From assembly GCA_028534125.1 (NCBI GenBank), contig CM052832.1, forward strand, positions 8,620,001 through 8,684,000: DNA of 64,000 nucleotides. The letters are read 5' to 3'. This DNA is from Lama glama. Lineage: Eukaryota. The position numbers were made by a program, and so were the translations under genes. Shown piece by piece: positions 52,801 through 63,014 of the stretch; position 1 is the first letter of the stretch, and the number at the start of each line of letters is the position of its first letter. The notes under the pieces are model-generated. The model was not told the origin of the DNA. It made no database searches and saw only the letters and a program-made list of their open reading frames with translations.

Positions 52801-55800
52801 GCATTCAGGGCCCTCCATGTTCTAGTTTTAGCACTTACTCCTTAACCCACTCCAATATGGCTTCTAGTCTTCCCAAAGCTTGTAATACCATTTTGTGGGT
52901 TCATGTTTAGTAACAAGGTCACCACCATGTTGTACAGCCAGTGAATTTATTTCAGTTCTCAAATAAGTATTTGGTACAGGGAACCACTCTGTCCTAAAAA
53001 TACTTTCTTCACTTGGCTTCTTTCACACTTTTCCCCCTAGTATGCTGGCTGCTCCTGCTCAACTCCCGATATTTAAATACTTAAACTCTTCAGGGCTCTG
53101 TCTGGCTCAGTTCTCCAGAATTCTGCTTCCCCCCTAGGTCATTTCATCCAATTCGATGCTGAAATACCATGCTGACACCTTCCAGTTTTATATTGTAGCT
53201 CAAATGATTCTCTTGAGGTTCAAACCTGAATGTTCAACAGACTACTCATTTTTTCCACTTCATTGTCTCGTAGACACATCAAAATGAATATATCCTAAAC
53301 CAAACTAATGATTGTGCTCAACCTCTCTCTATCCTGTTCTTCCTCCAGTCTTACCCATCACAGTAAATGACACCACTATCCAACAGTTTTCATGCCAACA
53401 ATCTGAAAAGCATTCTTAGTAGTTCCCTCTCCCTATCTTCTCCACACCAAATCAACCAAATCAATTTGAGATTTTGTCAATTCTCCCTCCAAAGTAATTC
53501 TCAGTTCCATTCATCTCATCATCTCTATTGCCATCCAAATTCAAACCACCTTCAATTCTTGCTCATATTGCTACACTCTTAATCCTTTCTCTTTGATCAC
53601 AATACTGCTTGCCTGCCTCTTCAGCTTCATTTCATGCCTCTTTATCCCTTTGTTCACTATAATTTCATTACTGGCCTTTTCATTCCTCAGATGTTTCATC
53701 CTCTTTAATGTCTTTGCATCTTCTCTTTCCTCTGGTTACCATGCAAAACCCACTCTTTTCTTAGCCCATCTTCTAACTGACTCATATTCATTCTCAGATC
53801 CCAGCTTAAGTTATTTCCCTGACTCTTTTTCTTGGCTTTCCAGGTTGTTAAATTTGCCTGATACACACTCTCATTATACCGTGTCATTTTACCTCTTAGC
53901 ATTTATGATGGTTGTAATTACATAATTACATGTGTTCCCCAATTAGAGTTTAAGGTTCAAGGGATCAAGGACCATATCTGTCTCATTCTCCAGTATAGTC
54001 CCCAGTATATAGCTCAGTACCTGGCAGATAAATGGATAGTGCTCAAGAAATATAATACTACACCTTACACTCCTGCCACCTCAAAATATGTGCACTTTTC
54101 CACATGTGCAGTATGCTGTTATAGTCTCTGATTTTGCGTTAATAATCCTCTTAGCCTGGAATAATCTTTCTCCCAACCCTACTCATCCACTAAGGCCCAA
54201 CTTGAATATGACCTCTTCCAGAAGAATTCCTGAATTCCACCCAGATTTAATTAACCTTTTTTACCCCCCATATATATATTATTTTATTTCTTTATAAGAT
54301 TTATTTCATTCTGTCTTATTGAAAACATGATTAAGGTCATGTCTATTCTCATGCCTGTCTCTTCCACTAAATGAGAGCTTCTTGAGAATAACAGAGTACA
54401 ACTTATTTTTGTGTTTCCCATGGCATTCAGTATGTCTGGTACATAGTAGATGTTCAGTTAATGTTGGGGGTTAGAGAAGAAAATATTCTGTATTCTCTGC
54501 CAAGCAGGCTCTAATTTTTTTGTGTCTTTCTAGGAGAGATTTTTCTCACCCATGTAGGAATATATTCTAATACCAGAATCATTGAGTTCAGGGCCTTTGA
54601 TGGGAGAAGAGCTTGAAATTTCTGCCCCTTTTTAGTTGACTTATGCATTGTTTGGGGTTCCATTTGTGCACCAACCCCATGACAGTCTGTCCTCTTGGTT
54701 TGAGTAGGTCTTCATGTTCTCTGAAGCTAACAGGGATATGTTGTAATTCGGCTTTCATTTCAGCAGCAAGGAATGTTGTCTCTACAGCCTGTTTCCTTCC
54801 TGTCCTAGGTAATTTTTCTTTCTTTGCCTCTTTTTAAAATGCATAGTTGGCTTGAGATTTTTTTTCTTTTTCTATTTATTTCATAAAAATAAGTGCATAC
54901 ACACAATTCCACAATTCCCTCCACCAGACATAACTGTTTTTAACACCTTGGTGTATATTATTCCAAATATTCTTCTTCTGTTCATTCATTTAACAAATGT
55001 TTCTTGATCTCCGAGAAAGTGCCGGGCACCATTCTAGATATGGGCAGTGTAGCAGGGAACTATGTAGACAAGGACCTTTTTCTCATGAAATAGAAGATAG
55101 AAAATAAGTAAACAAGTTAGGTAATGAAGTGTGCTTAAAAAAGAAGAATGGGGTAAGGGATATAGAGTAGTCAGGGAAAGTCTTTTGGATTAGGTGACAT
55201 TTTACATTCTATGCTTATTTATATATCTTTATTGATTATTCAAATATATTTTGTTACTTACTTTTCTCAGTATATCATGAACATCTTTCCACATCAATAA
55301 GTAGATTTCTGTAATATTCTTAGCAACCTTGTTTTTGTTGTTGTATAGATACCAAAATTTATTAACCAGTCAAATCACCTGTTGTTTGACATAATTTCCT
55401 TACGATAAGTATCAAGAAGTAGAATTGCTGGGTTAAGGGTATAGAGAATTTTTAGGTATATAAAATGTATTTCTAGATTATCTTCCAGACAGGTGGTGCC
55501 GGGTAATACCGGCAGTGTATGCATGTGCCCGTCCCTTCCCTGTTGAGTGTGATCTCTTTAGTGACTCTTGAGTAAGACTTTAATGGGGAAAGATTATCAT
55601 TGAAGTCTTAATTGTTTCCCTTTATCCATCCTGTCTTCTCCCCACCAGCCAATATTCCAGGTTTCCAGTTCCCTAATATTGTCTGCTTTAGAACCTCATT
55701 CATTTTTACCTTCTCCGTGTTCCAAAATTATCTTTTCCATGCCTCCCTCTCCAACATTATCCAAAACTCTCATTTTCTGAGTACCTCATTCCCAGCTTGC

Positions 55801-58800
55801 TGACAAATGAATTCATATTAAACTATTTATTACTGATAACTTAATGTTAAGGAGTTGATATGTTTTAAAAGAGGACTCATGTTAACTCAAAGGTGTTAAA
55901 TTCTAATGGTGGTGTTTTAGGCAGTTAGAAATATTTTACCCAGGTGTCCTTTAAGTCATCCCACGTAGATGACTGTCCCCTTTATATATGCACAACACCA
56001 GCCCTGTTCTCCAGTTTTCTATACCAGGATGTGTCTGTGATAAGTTTGTTCACTGTCATCTGTTTTCTGCATTTGCTCAATCAAATGGTCAATTACCTTT
56101 TCTATTTTTTTCCTTTCTAGTTGTTATGATATTTAAATTTAACTAATGTATTTAATTGCATAGGTAACACATTTAACATCTACAAAGGGTATATAGTAAA
56201 AAGACTCCTATCCATTCTTGTTCTCTGCTTCCGCTCCCCAGGGGCAACCAGTGTTTCCATAATCTTGAATATTCTTCTGGATATTTTAGGATATATAAGT
56301 AAATATATTGCCATTATGATTTATTCTTCATGATGACATGGCACTATGGAATCTAATTAGCTCTGTTTGAGCCTTGCAGACAGATTATGCTGGAGTTTTT
56401 CCCAGTTTGTGCAGCTTTAAGCACTGGAAGTATGGTCATATGGTCCTATTTCTGTTATTATGGTAGGCTACATGCTTTTTCTGAGAGAAGACAGACTGCC
56501 TTGAATTCATTCTTAGTGTGGATTTTTTCCCCTCTAGGAATCAAAGGTAAACAATGAGAATTCCCATACTAAGAGCCCCAAGCCTGCCGAGAGCCTCCAG
56601 CCAGCTGCTAAGCAGTCTGATCAGCCCATTGCTGTCTATGAGTATTATGATGCTGGCAATCACTGGTGCAAAGACTGCAACACCATCTGTGGGACCATGT
56701 TTGACTTCTTCACCCATATGCACAATAAGAAGCACACACAGGTAGGTATCCTGCCCTCTGTTATTTCCGTTCTTGCCCTCCTTCCCCTCAAACTCCTATA
56801 CCCCTGTCTGCATTACAAAGCTGGAAAATGAAACATTCTCATATGGGCAGGAGCCCCAATCTGAAGAGCCAAGAGATACCATCAAAGGAGACACCATCCC
56901 CAGGGCTCAGTCCAGGGGACCTGCCTGTAACTAAACACCATGAGAAGTGTAAGTGAGGTTTCTGCCTCTTTTGATTCCTTGAGTACCTGATTATTTGTTT
57001 CATTTTACCCAATGCTAATACTTGCTCTAACATGTGTTTACCTTTTCCACAGGTGATTTCCGTTTAAACAGTTGGCAGAGCGGGTGGGGGTGGGTAGCTG
57101 GGGGCTTCTGGTCCCCCTGGTGTAGGGGAGAAAAAGAGAGAAAAGTGGGTCATTGAGTTTTTAGTGCTGTTGTGTGAGCGCCTCTGCCTCTTGCAAATAG
57201 ACACTGGATCCCTACAACAGACCTTGGGCTTCAAAGACCCAGAGTGAGGCCAAGCAAGATACTGTAAAGCGCACTGACAAGATAACTGTTCCTGCAAAAG
57301 GTATGTTTCTCCCTGCCTTTTTTGTGGTTTTCTTATATGTGGTCAAGGAAGAGGTGTCCCTGAACTACGATGCATAGAGTAAGAAATAACCATTACTCCT
57401 AACAAAGCTGTAAGATTGCCTTCTAAGTGGAAAACAGTAAACTAGGTCCTAAAGAAATAAAGAAATCTGTAAGACAAGAATGGTATCTATCCATATGGCC
57501 AAAAATCTAGCAGATGTTAAATATACACATACCACTCTAAAATACAACTTTCTTTGGGCTTGCTTCAGCAGCACATAGACTAAATATGACTTTCTTTGTC
57601 ACTGGCTTATGCACCAAAATCTTATTTATTTGAAATCCAGATAAGAAAGAATAGTAAGAGGTACAATAATACAACTGCCTTTTCAACTAAGTACTATAAA
57701 ATATTTTTGAATAGTTGTCCTTCTATTTCTATTAAGAAATAGAAAGTTTCTTTGCCTTTAAACTTCTCAATTTCTTACCTTTGTAAGTTGTCAATGATGC
57801 TACATCCTTTAGACATGTAGAAGATAGATTCCTGAGTAATTAAAACCAACATGAGAGATCCTCATACAAGTGGTACTGGGCTATTTGGGAGTGTAGTTTT
57901 TACATCTCCTGAGATGCTTATTGCTAGTTGGTGTTTGAGGAGAATCAGCAAAGAAATGAGTCTAGCACAGAAAACTCCTGAATTAACCAGTTAGCGTTCC
58001 CAAAAGGTAGAAAGGATAGAGGGCCTGAGTTCAAGCTTTAAGTTGGGAAGACTATTGCCATTGGGATTCATCTAAATGCTACTTCTGACTTGAAAGTGGG
58101 TAAGGTCCTCTATACTATTAACCATTTTACTGCAAAGGGGAAGTGGGATTTCCTTTAGTTGCTGTCATTTTGGGTGGAAATATTTTATTTTCTTGACTTT
58201 CTTCTACTTCTTCCAGGCTCTGAGTTTCTGGTTCCCATCACTGGATATTACTGCCAGCTCTGTGAGGAATTTTTGGGGGATCCAATTTCTGGAGAACAAC
58301 ATGTGAAGGGTCATCAACACAATGAGAAATATAAGGTTGGTCTTTGTAGTAGCCTGTAGAGTTTTCTGCTTTCTGCAGTGATCCTTTTGACTTTGTCAAA
58401 CAAATTCAGAGCTAGGAAAAGTTGTTGTTATTTCAAATTCCATATAATCCCTAAGAAGTTCTTCTCAATTCTAGTAAGAAAGGCTGACCTGATAGAACCA
58501 TTTATAACCTCAAGGAGGGCAACTCTGAGGATTTCTACTAAATGAATTCTCACAGTGGCAGGACCAACTTTTCTCTTTTACAGTATTTTGACCAGTTACT
58601 AGCCTTTATCTTTTCTCTTCCTAGAAATATGTGGTTGAAAACCCATTGTATGAGGAGCGGCGGAATCTGGATCGCCAAGCTGGCTTGGCTGTGGTCCTAG
58701 AGACGGAACGGCGACGGCAGAGTGAGCTAAAGCGCAAACTCAGTGAGAAACCAAAGGAAGAGAAAAAGGAAAAAAGGGCAAAGATCATGAAAGAAGTAAA

Positions 58801-61800
58801 GGAAGATGACAAGGTTTCTGAGGAATTAGAGGATCAACTCTCTGAGGGTGGGAACTCCCCTGAAAAGGCTGAAAATAAAAAGAAGGCTAGCATCAAACTC
58901 CAATTAAAAGAAGAAGTAAAGAAAGAACCACCACCATCTTCCTCTTTTGGGAAATTCAGCTGGAAGAAGCCAGAAAAAGAGGAGGAAAAGAGTTCAGTGG
59001 CCCCAAGTATCCCCAAAGAAGAGATTGTGGAAAGCAATAAGGACAAAGAGGATGGCAAAGCCGAAGCTGGAAAGGCAAAGCCCATCAAAATCAAGCTGTC
59101 TGGGAAAACTGTTGTTGCACATACTAGCCCTTGGATGCCTGTTGTGACCACTTCAACCCAGACTAAGATTCGACCCAACCTTCCTATTCCATCCACAGTT
59201 CTCCGCAAATCAGGGTCAGCCACAGTGAGCAAGCCAGCTCCTCTTAATACCTTTCTATCCATCAAGTCCTCTGGAACCACTGCTAAGCCTCTGCCAGTGG
59301 TTAAAGAGTCTTCAGCTGATCTCCTCTTGCCTCCTGACATCATCTCTAAAGCATTTGGTGGAGAAGAGGTGATTCTGAAAGGGTCTCCTGAGGAAAAGAT
59401 GGTGCTGGCTGAAAAGAATGAGCCATCCCATATACCTGAACAAATGCTGCCACCTCCTCCACCACCACCTCCACCCCCACCTCCTCCACCCCCAGTTATA
59501 CCTCATCCAGCTGCCCCATCTCCTGCTCAAGCAAATGCTATCTTGGCTCCAGTAAAATCTAACCCATCTGTATCTCACACTCTCAACCCTGGTTTCCTGG
59601 GTCCTAACATTTTGAATCCAGTGTTGCCAGTAGCCATCATGGCCTCAGCACAGCCAGCTACCATTCCTTCCGATGAAACAGCTCCTGGGGTGAGTGAGAG
59701 TGACCGCGACCAGACCCTATTCTCTGTATTAGTGCGTCCTCCACCTCCCCTTTCAAGTGTGTTCAGTGAACAGGCAAAAAAATTGGAAAAGCGAAATTCA
59801 TGCTTAGCTACAGCCAATGCTAAGGATCTGTATGACATATTCTACAGTAGTGGTGGAAAAGGGACTCCTGAGACTAAGCTGAGTAGTGGTCCATTGGCCA
59901 ATGGGGAAAATAGAACTGAAAGTTCAGACACCTCTTCTACTTCTACTTTGAACAGCAGCGCATCCCAAGAGGAGTTGCCTCCAAATAGAAATTTGGTCTC
60001 TGCTCCTTTAGTCAGCAACCCTGAAAAGCCCATTGCAAAAACTCTGGTGTCCCTAGGGAAATGGTCAGTTGCAGAAAATGTAGACTCAAAAAGCAGAGGC
60101 AGCACCTATGGTTTCCTGCAGCCTCTGACAAGGTTGTGCCAAAGCAGGCCTTACGAAACTATTACCCCAAAGACAGAGACTTTGGCCATGTGGACTTCTA
60201 GCTCCTTCCAGAGTGATGCTAATAGGGATGTATCTCCAGAGGGGAAAATTGAACTTGACCTGGGAGAGCCAGGACCACCGGGTGTGGAGCCAGCCCCTCA
60301 ACTGTCAGATATACGCTGTCATACCATGGAATCTCAGAAGTCGGTAGACACCTGCCTTGTGGAATCGAATAATCAGGATGAGGAAAGTCAAGAACTCCAC
60401 CAATCTAAGGATTGTGGGGAAAGTGGGATAGAGACAAGCACTGAATTAAAAGAAAGGGGAATGAAGCTCTCTGAGAGGACAGTAGGAGAGGGAACGGATA
60501 CCAACGCTGGGCCCAATAGCATAGAGGATTCTAATTTGAGCCTTGGAAGTAGATACATGTGGGAGGGAGAAGTAGAACAGCCCAACTTGCAAATGACTGA
60601 CAGAAAGGCTCAACAGTCCAAAAAATTGATAACAGGAAGTAAAACTCAAAGTAAAATGGTGGCTGAATTGAGTTCACAGGCTCTCTCTTCCACAAAGGCA
60701 AAAATAGACTCGTTTCCATCAGAAGCTAGGTCTATACTCCAGAACCCACAAGATACACCTGTAAAAATTTCTGCCTCAGAATTGCTTCTTCAGTCCCCAG
60801 CCAGATCAGATACATGTTTGACAGATAGTGAGCAGGAGCAAGGAGTTTCAACTGGTAGTGAGGAGTGGCTAGAAAATTCAGTTCCAGAATCAGCTTCCAG
60901 AACTTCTAGATACAGAAGCCTCAGACTCAAGAGAGAAAGATCAAAAGGCTTTCAGGGTAAAATGATCTATGAACTGGCTGTTTGGGATGAGAAGAAAAAG
61001 AAACCAGAGACCTGGGGGAGCCCAAAGAAACCAAAAGCAGAAGCCTTGGGGCTACGAGATGTCCATCCAGGATTAACAGTGACAATAGAAGGGAAGGCCT
61101 TCGAAAACTTTGAAGTTACAGACTTGAAAGTAGAAGAGTTGGCTTCCCTGGGTAACCTGGGGGATATAAGTGTTGATTTCAGCAGTACTCGGATTGACCG
61201 AGCACATAGATCCCCAACTTCCCTGTCTCAGAAAGTGTGTGGAGAAAATTCTATGTCACCTATAGGAAGTAATCCCTCCACTCTCACTGACTTTGAACCA
61301 ATAACATCGTTTTCTGAGTTTCCATTAGATTCTCCCAAAACCCTGGTACTTAACTTTGGAGGAGAGAGTGAACCAAACTCATCCAATCCCAGAAGTGGGA
61401 GGATCACTCCGAACATTTTGAAAACTGGACTTTCTTTAGAAAATGTTGGCCTTGGTTTGGGGAGCCTAGAGGGAACACACCAGGCCCTTGACCTGTTAGC
61501 AGGAGGAATGATGCCTGAGGAAATAGAAACTTCTCAATTGGAGAAACAAGATTCACTCAGATTGGAATCAGAAACAATTAATCCTGCAGGCCTTGGGCCA
61601 TCTCCTTGCCTTCCGGATCTTGTTGACTTTGTCACACGGACATCTGGAGTTCAAAAAGAGAAAATTTGTTCTCTCTCTGAGCCAGGCCACCCTCCTGAGT
61701 GTAGTTCCTTGGAGGTGGGACCACTGCAGCTAGAAATACCGAATGCATCCATCACTGAGGTAGCAATTCCTCAAGTAGATGAATATGGCAACCGTTTGAA

Positions 61801-61939
61801 TATGGTAAAATCCATGGCTTCAGGGTCCCATACGAGAGAGCAGGGAGTGGGAGGCAGTGTGGTCCCTCAGGATGTGGCTGCACAAGAAGCTGCAGTTGAT
61901 ACCACCCAGGACCACACAAACTCCAGTGTTCACAACTAA
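37393..61939 (+). CDS. ZNF318: ZNF318 zinc finger protein 318 (10 coding exons, 6840 nt, 2279 aa)
   Basis: N-terminus MYRSGSRSSVSSHRPK; matrin-type fingers WCKDCNTICGTMFDFFTHMHNKKH and YCQLCEEFLGDPISGEQHVKGHQH; polyproline tract; adjacent and divergent to ABCC10 as in other mammals; junctions phase-consistent. Confidence 0.97.
37591..37746 (+). repeat. 30-nt coding tandem repeat, 5 units of xSPSPPRxRR
   Basis: Units start at 37591, 37621, 37651, 37681 and 37711 (last unit has 2 extra Pro). Confidence 0.9.
38960..40070. mobile_element. L2 LINE fragments in ZNF318 intron 1
   Basis: tatttattgaacatctaccatgtg...gggcactggggagacagtag; agatcacattgctcacctgcttgaaacccttctgtggc. Confidence 0.65.
40283..40434 (+). 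CDS. ZNF318: ZNF318 exon 2
   Basis: ttttgtag|AGACGCTCT...GACAG|GTAGGC; RRSPSLRSDSSLEQSLRITVGNDHF; 152 nt. Confidence 0.93.
41023..41045. repeat. (AT)n microsatellite
   Basis: atatatatatatatatatatata. Confidence 0.9.
42100..42196 (-). mobile_element. Vic-1-like SINE (short form)
   Basis: TSD gtaacttattct at 42086-42097 and 42199-42210. Confidence 0.9.
42525..43020 (-). mobile_element. Old L1M 3' fragment
   Basis: acagctttattgagccataattc...acaattcacccatttagagtgta. Confidence 0.75.
44750..44913. mobile_element. MER5A (hAT-Charlie) DNA transposon
   Basis: atcacctggagagcttgttaaaatgcagattctgatttagtaggcctgggtggagtctgagaatctgcatttct. Confidence 0.85.
45283..45919 (+). CDS. ZNF318: ZNF318 exon 3
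   Basis: 637 nt within ORF 45098-46234; cttag| and CAG|GTCTGT. Confidence 0.93.
46910..48355 (+). CDS. ZNF318: ZNF318 exon 4
   Basis: 1446 nt; ttgcag| and AAG|GTAAAT. Confidence 0.95.
49778..49960 (-). mobile_element. Short artiodactyl-type L1 3' end
   Basis: attgaagtgtagttgattt...gtgctatacagtaggtccttg; probable TSD aaaatagtacttt / aaaataatacttt. Confidence 0.8.
50172..50271 (+). CDS. ZNF318: ZNF318 exon 5 (coiled coil)
   Basis: VIEEREKLKSDREARQKKMYYLRTELERLHKQQ; 100 nt. Confidence 0.93.
50370..51560 (-). mobile_element. L1MC-type 3' region with nested SINE
   Basis: ttgatcatttggttaaggtggtgtctgctgggtttctccactgtaaggttac. Confidence 0.7.
51273..51375 (-). mobile_element. Vic-1-like SINE (short form)
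   Basis: gggattgaacccaggaactc...ctctaccactgagcta; TSD attt(a/t)atttatccttt-like on both sides. Confidence 0.85.
52287..52591 (+). CDS. ZNF318: ZNF318 exon 6
   Basis: taag|GGGAAATG...AAG|GTAACA; 305 nt; EMLRKKRREKDGHKDPLL. Confidence 0.92.
52680..54470. mobile_element. L2 LINE fragments
   Basis: Pyrimidine-rich L2-like sequence with 3' ends gtacctggcagataaat and gtctggtacatagtagatgttcag. Confidence 0.6.
56538..56741 (+). CDS. ZNF318: ZNF318 exon 7 (zinc finger 1)
   Basis: 204 nt; YEYYDAGNHWCKDCNTICGTMFDFFTHMHNKKHTQ. Confidence 0.95.
57201..57300 (+). CDS. ZNF318: ZNF318 exon 8
   Basis: 100 nt; TLDPYNRPWASKTQSEAKQDTVKRTDKITVPAK. Confidence 0.93.
57556..57584 (+). pseudogene. 3'-truncated (tailless) U6 snRNA retrocopy
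   Basis: gggcttgcttcagcagcacatagactaaa matches the U6 5' end GTGCTCGCTTCGGCAGCACATATACTAAA at 25/29; flanked by direct repeats at 57540-57556 and 57582-57598. Confidence 0.8.
58217..58335 (+). CDS. ZNF318: ZNF318 exon 9 (zinc finger 2)
   Basis: 119 nt; GSEFLVPITGYYCQLCEEFLGDPISGEQHVKGHQHNEKYK. Confidence 0.95.
58625..61939 (+). CDS. ZNF318: ZNF318 last coding exon (K/E-rich, 15-Pro tract at 59450-59494)
   Basis: cctag|AAATATGTG; open to TAA at 61937-61939. Confidence 0.96.
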   Translation, partial: KYVVENPLYEERRNLDRQAGLAVVLETERRRQSELKRKLSEKPKEEKKEKRAKIMKEVKEDDKVSEELEDQLSEGGNSPEKAENKKKASIKLQLKEEVKKEPPPSSSFGKFSWKKPEKEEEKSSVAPSIPKEEIVESNKDKEDGKAEAGKAKPIKIKLSGKTVVAHTSPWMPVVTTSTQTKIRPNLPIPSTVLRKSGSATVSKPAPLNTFLSIKSSGTTAKPLPVVKESSADLLLPPDIISKAFGGEEVILKGSPEEKMVLAEKNEPSHIPEQMLPPPPPPPPPPPPPPPVIPHPAAPSPAQANAILAPVKSNPSVSHTLNPGFLGPNILNPVLPVAIMASAQPATIPSDETAPGVSESDRDQTLFSVLVRPPPPLSSVFSEQAKKLEKRNSCLATANAKDLYDIFYSSGGKGTPETKLSSGPLANGENRTESSDTSSTSTLNSSASQEELPPNRNLVSAPLVSNPEKPIAKTLVSLGKWSVAENVDSKSRGSTYGFLQPLTRLCQSRPYETITPKTETLAMWTSSSFQSDANRDVSPEGKIELDLGEPGPPGVEPAPQLSDIRCHTMESQKSVDTCLVESNNQDEESQELHQSKDCGESGIETSTELKERGMKLSERTVGEGTDTNAGPNSIEDSNLSLGSRYMWEGEVEQPNLQMTDRKAQQSKKLITGSKTQSKMVAELSSQALSSTKAKIDSFPSEARSILQNPQDTPVKISASELLLQSPARSDTCLTDSEQEQGVSTGSEEWLENSVPESASRTSRYRSLRLKRERSKGFQGKMIYELAVWDEKKKKPETWGSPKKPKAEALGLRDVHPGLTVTIEGKAFENFEVTDLKVEELASLGNLGDISVDFSSTRIDRAHRSPTSLSQKVCGENSMSPIGSNPSTLTDFEPITSFSEFPLDSPKTLVLNFGGESEPNSSNPRSGRITPNILKTGLSLENVGLGLGSLEGTHQALDLLAGGMMPEEIETSQLEKQDSLRLESETINPAGLGPSPCLPDLVDFVTRTSGVQKEKICSLSEPGHPPECSSLEVGPLQLEIPNASITEVAIPQVDEYGNRLNMVKSMASGSHTREQGVGGSVVPQDVAAQEAAVDTTQDHTNSSVHN

Positions 61940-63008
61940 GAATACACATCCAGAGCTACTTACAGAGGAATCAGATTGGCTTCTGGAAATCAGGTGCCCA
62001 GATGATCCAGGACTAGTTGGCTGTCTCATCTGGAACCTACATCAAGAAATGCTGTCAGCATCTTACAGTAAATGTTCATGGAAGCTAAAAAATGTACCTC
62101 CTTTCCTTTTTCCTTTCTCCTTAAGATATCAGACAAATCAATCATAACTTCTCTACATATCTGTAAAAAAGTATTTTCTGTTAATTATTATTATTTGCCA
62201 ATTTATATTCTCCTATGTCATTAAAATCAGATGTCTATCTGGCTCACCACAGTGTGCTTTGATTGTATTTTGGTTTTGACTCTGCCATTTCTGGAATGTG
62301 GGGGAGGAGGGAGACAGAGCTGACTTCTCCAATTGCTGTGTTGTATTCCCACCCAATTTCTTGGGCAGCTGATAGATCTCTGGGAGAAATACAAGAAAGC
62401 CTGCTGAAATGGAAAACTACTGATGAAGGAAGGAATGTTCTCTTAGCCTTCCATTTGGATGGGCCTGCCTTAACATTGTTTGAAATGCAGCGTGAGTAGC
62501 TCTTTTGTTTACTGTTTACTTACTTGTGGCATGTCAACTCCCACACTTCCCTCATTCTGTTGCCTTTGCTTGAGATGGTCCTGCTTATCCACAAATCTGT
62601 TTGGAAATGGCCTCAGTAAATATGAAGAAAATCTAGCAGGCTCACTTTTGGAAGATGACAAATTGGTAAGGCTTATTGATGGTTCAGTGCCAGGAGAAGA
62701 TACGCTTTTTGGATCACTTTTATTTTTGAAATTGCCTTTGTTCATTGTATCGTGATCCGCTGACACTTCGTGTTAAGTTGTTTAGCAGCCATTTCTGTTC
62801 TGAGGAGGTAGAAGATCTGAAACTTGTTTTGGGATTGGACTCGTTCTCTGTTCCACACCCATATGTATTCCTTCCTCTACCTCTCCCTTTCTCAAGTTAT
62901 TTCCACCATAGTGTGATGTTTTGGGTTGTATATTTTGTTCAAAAGATTAAAGAATTTATGAGTTGGCTTGGACAAGTTTAACTTTATTTTTAATGTGTAA
63001 TTACTTGG

Positions 63009-63014
63009 AATAAA
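63009..63014 (+). terminator. ZNF318 polyadenylation signal AATAAA
   Basis: About 1.07 kb after the stop codon; followed by T/GT-rich element gtttctttctggatttttgttt; upstream ATTAAA at 62946. Confidence 0.75.
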
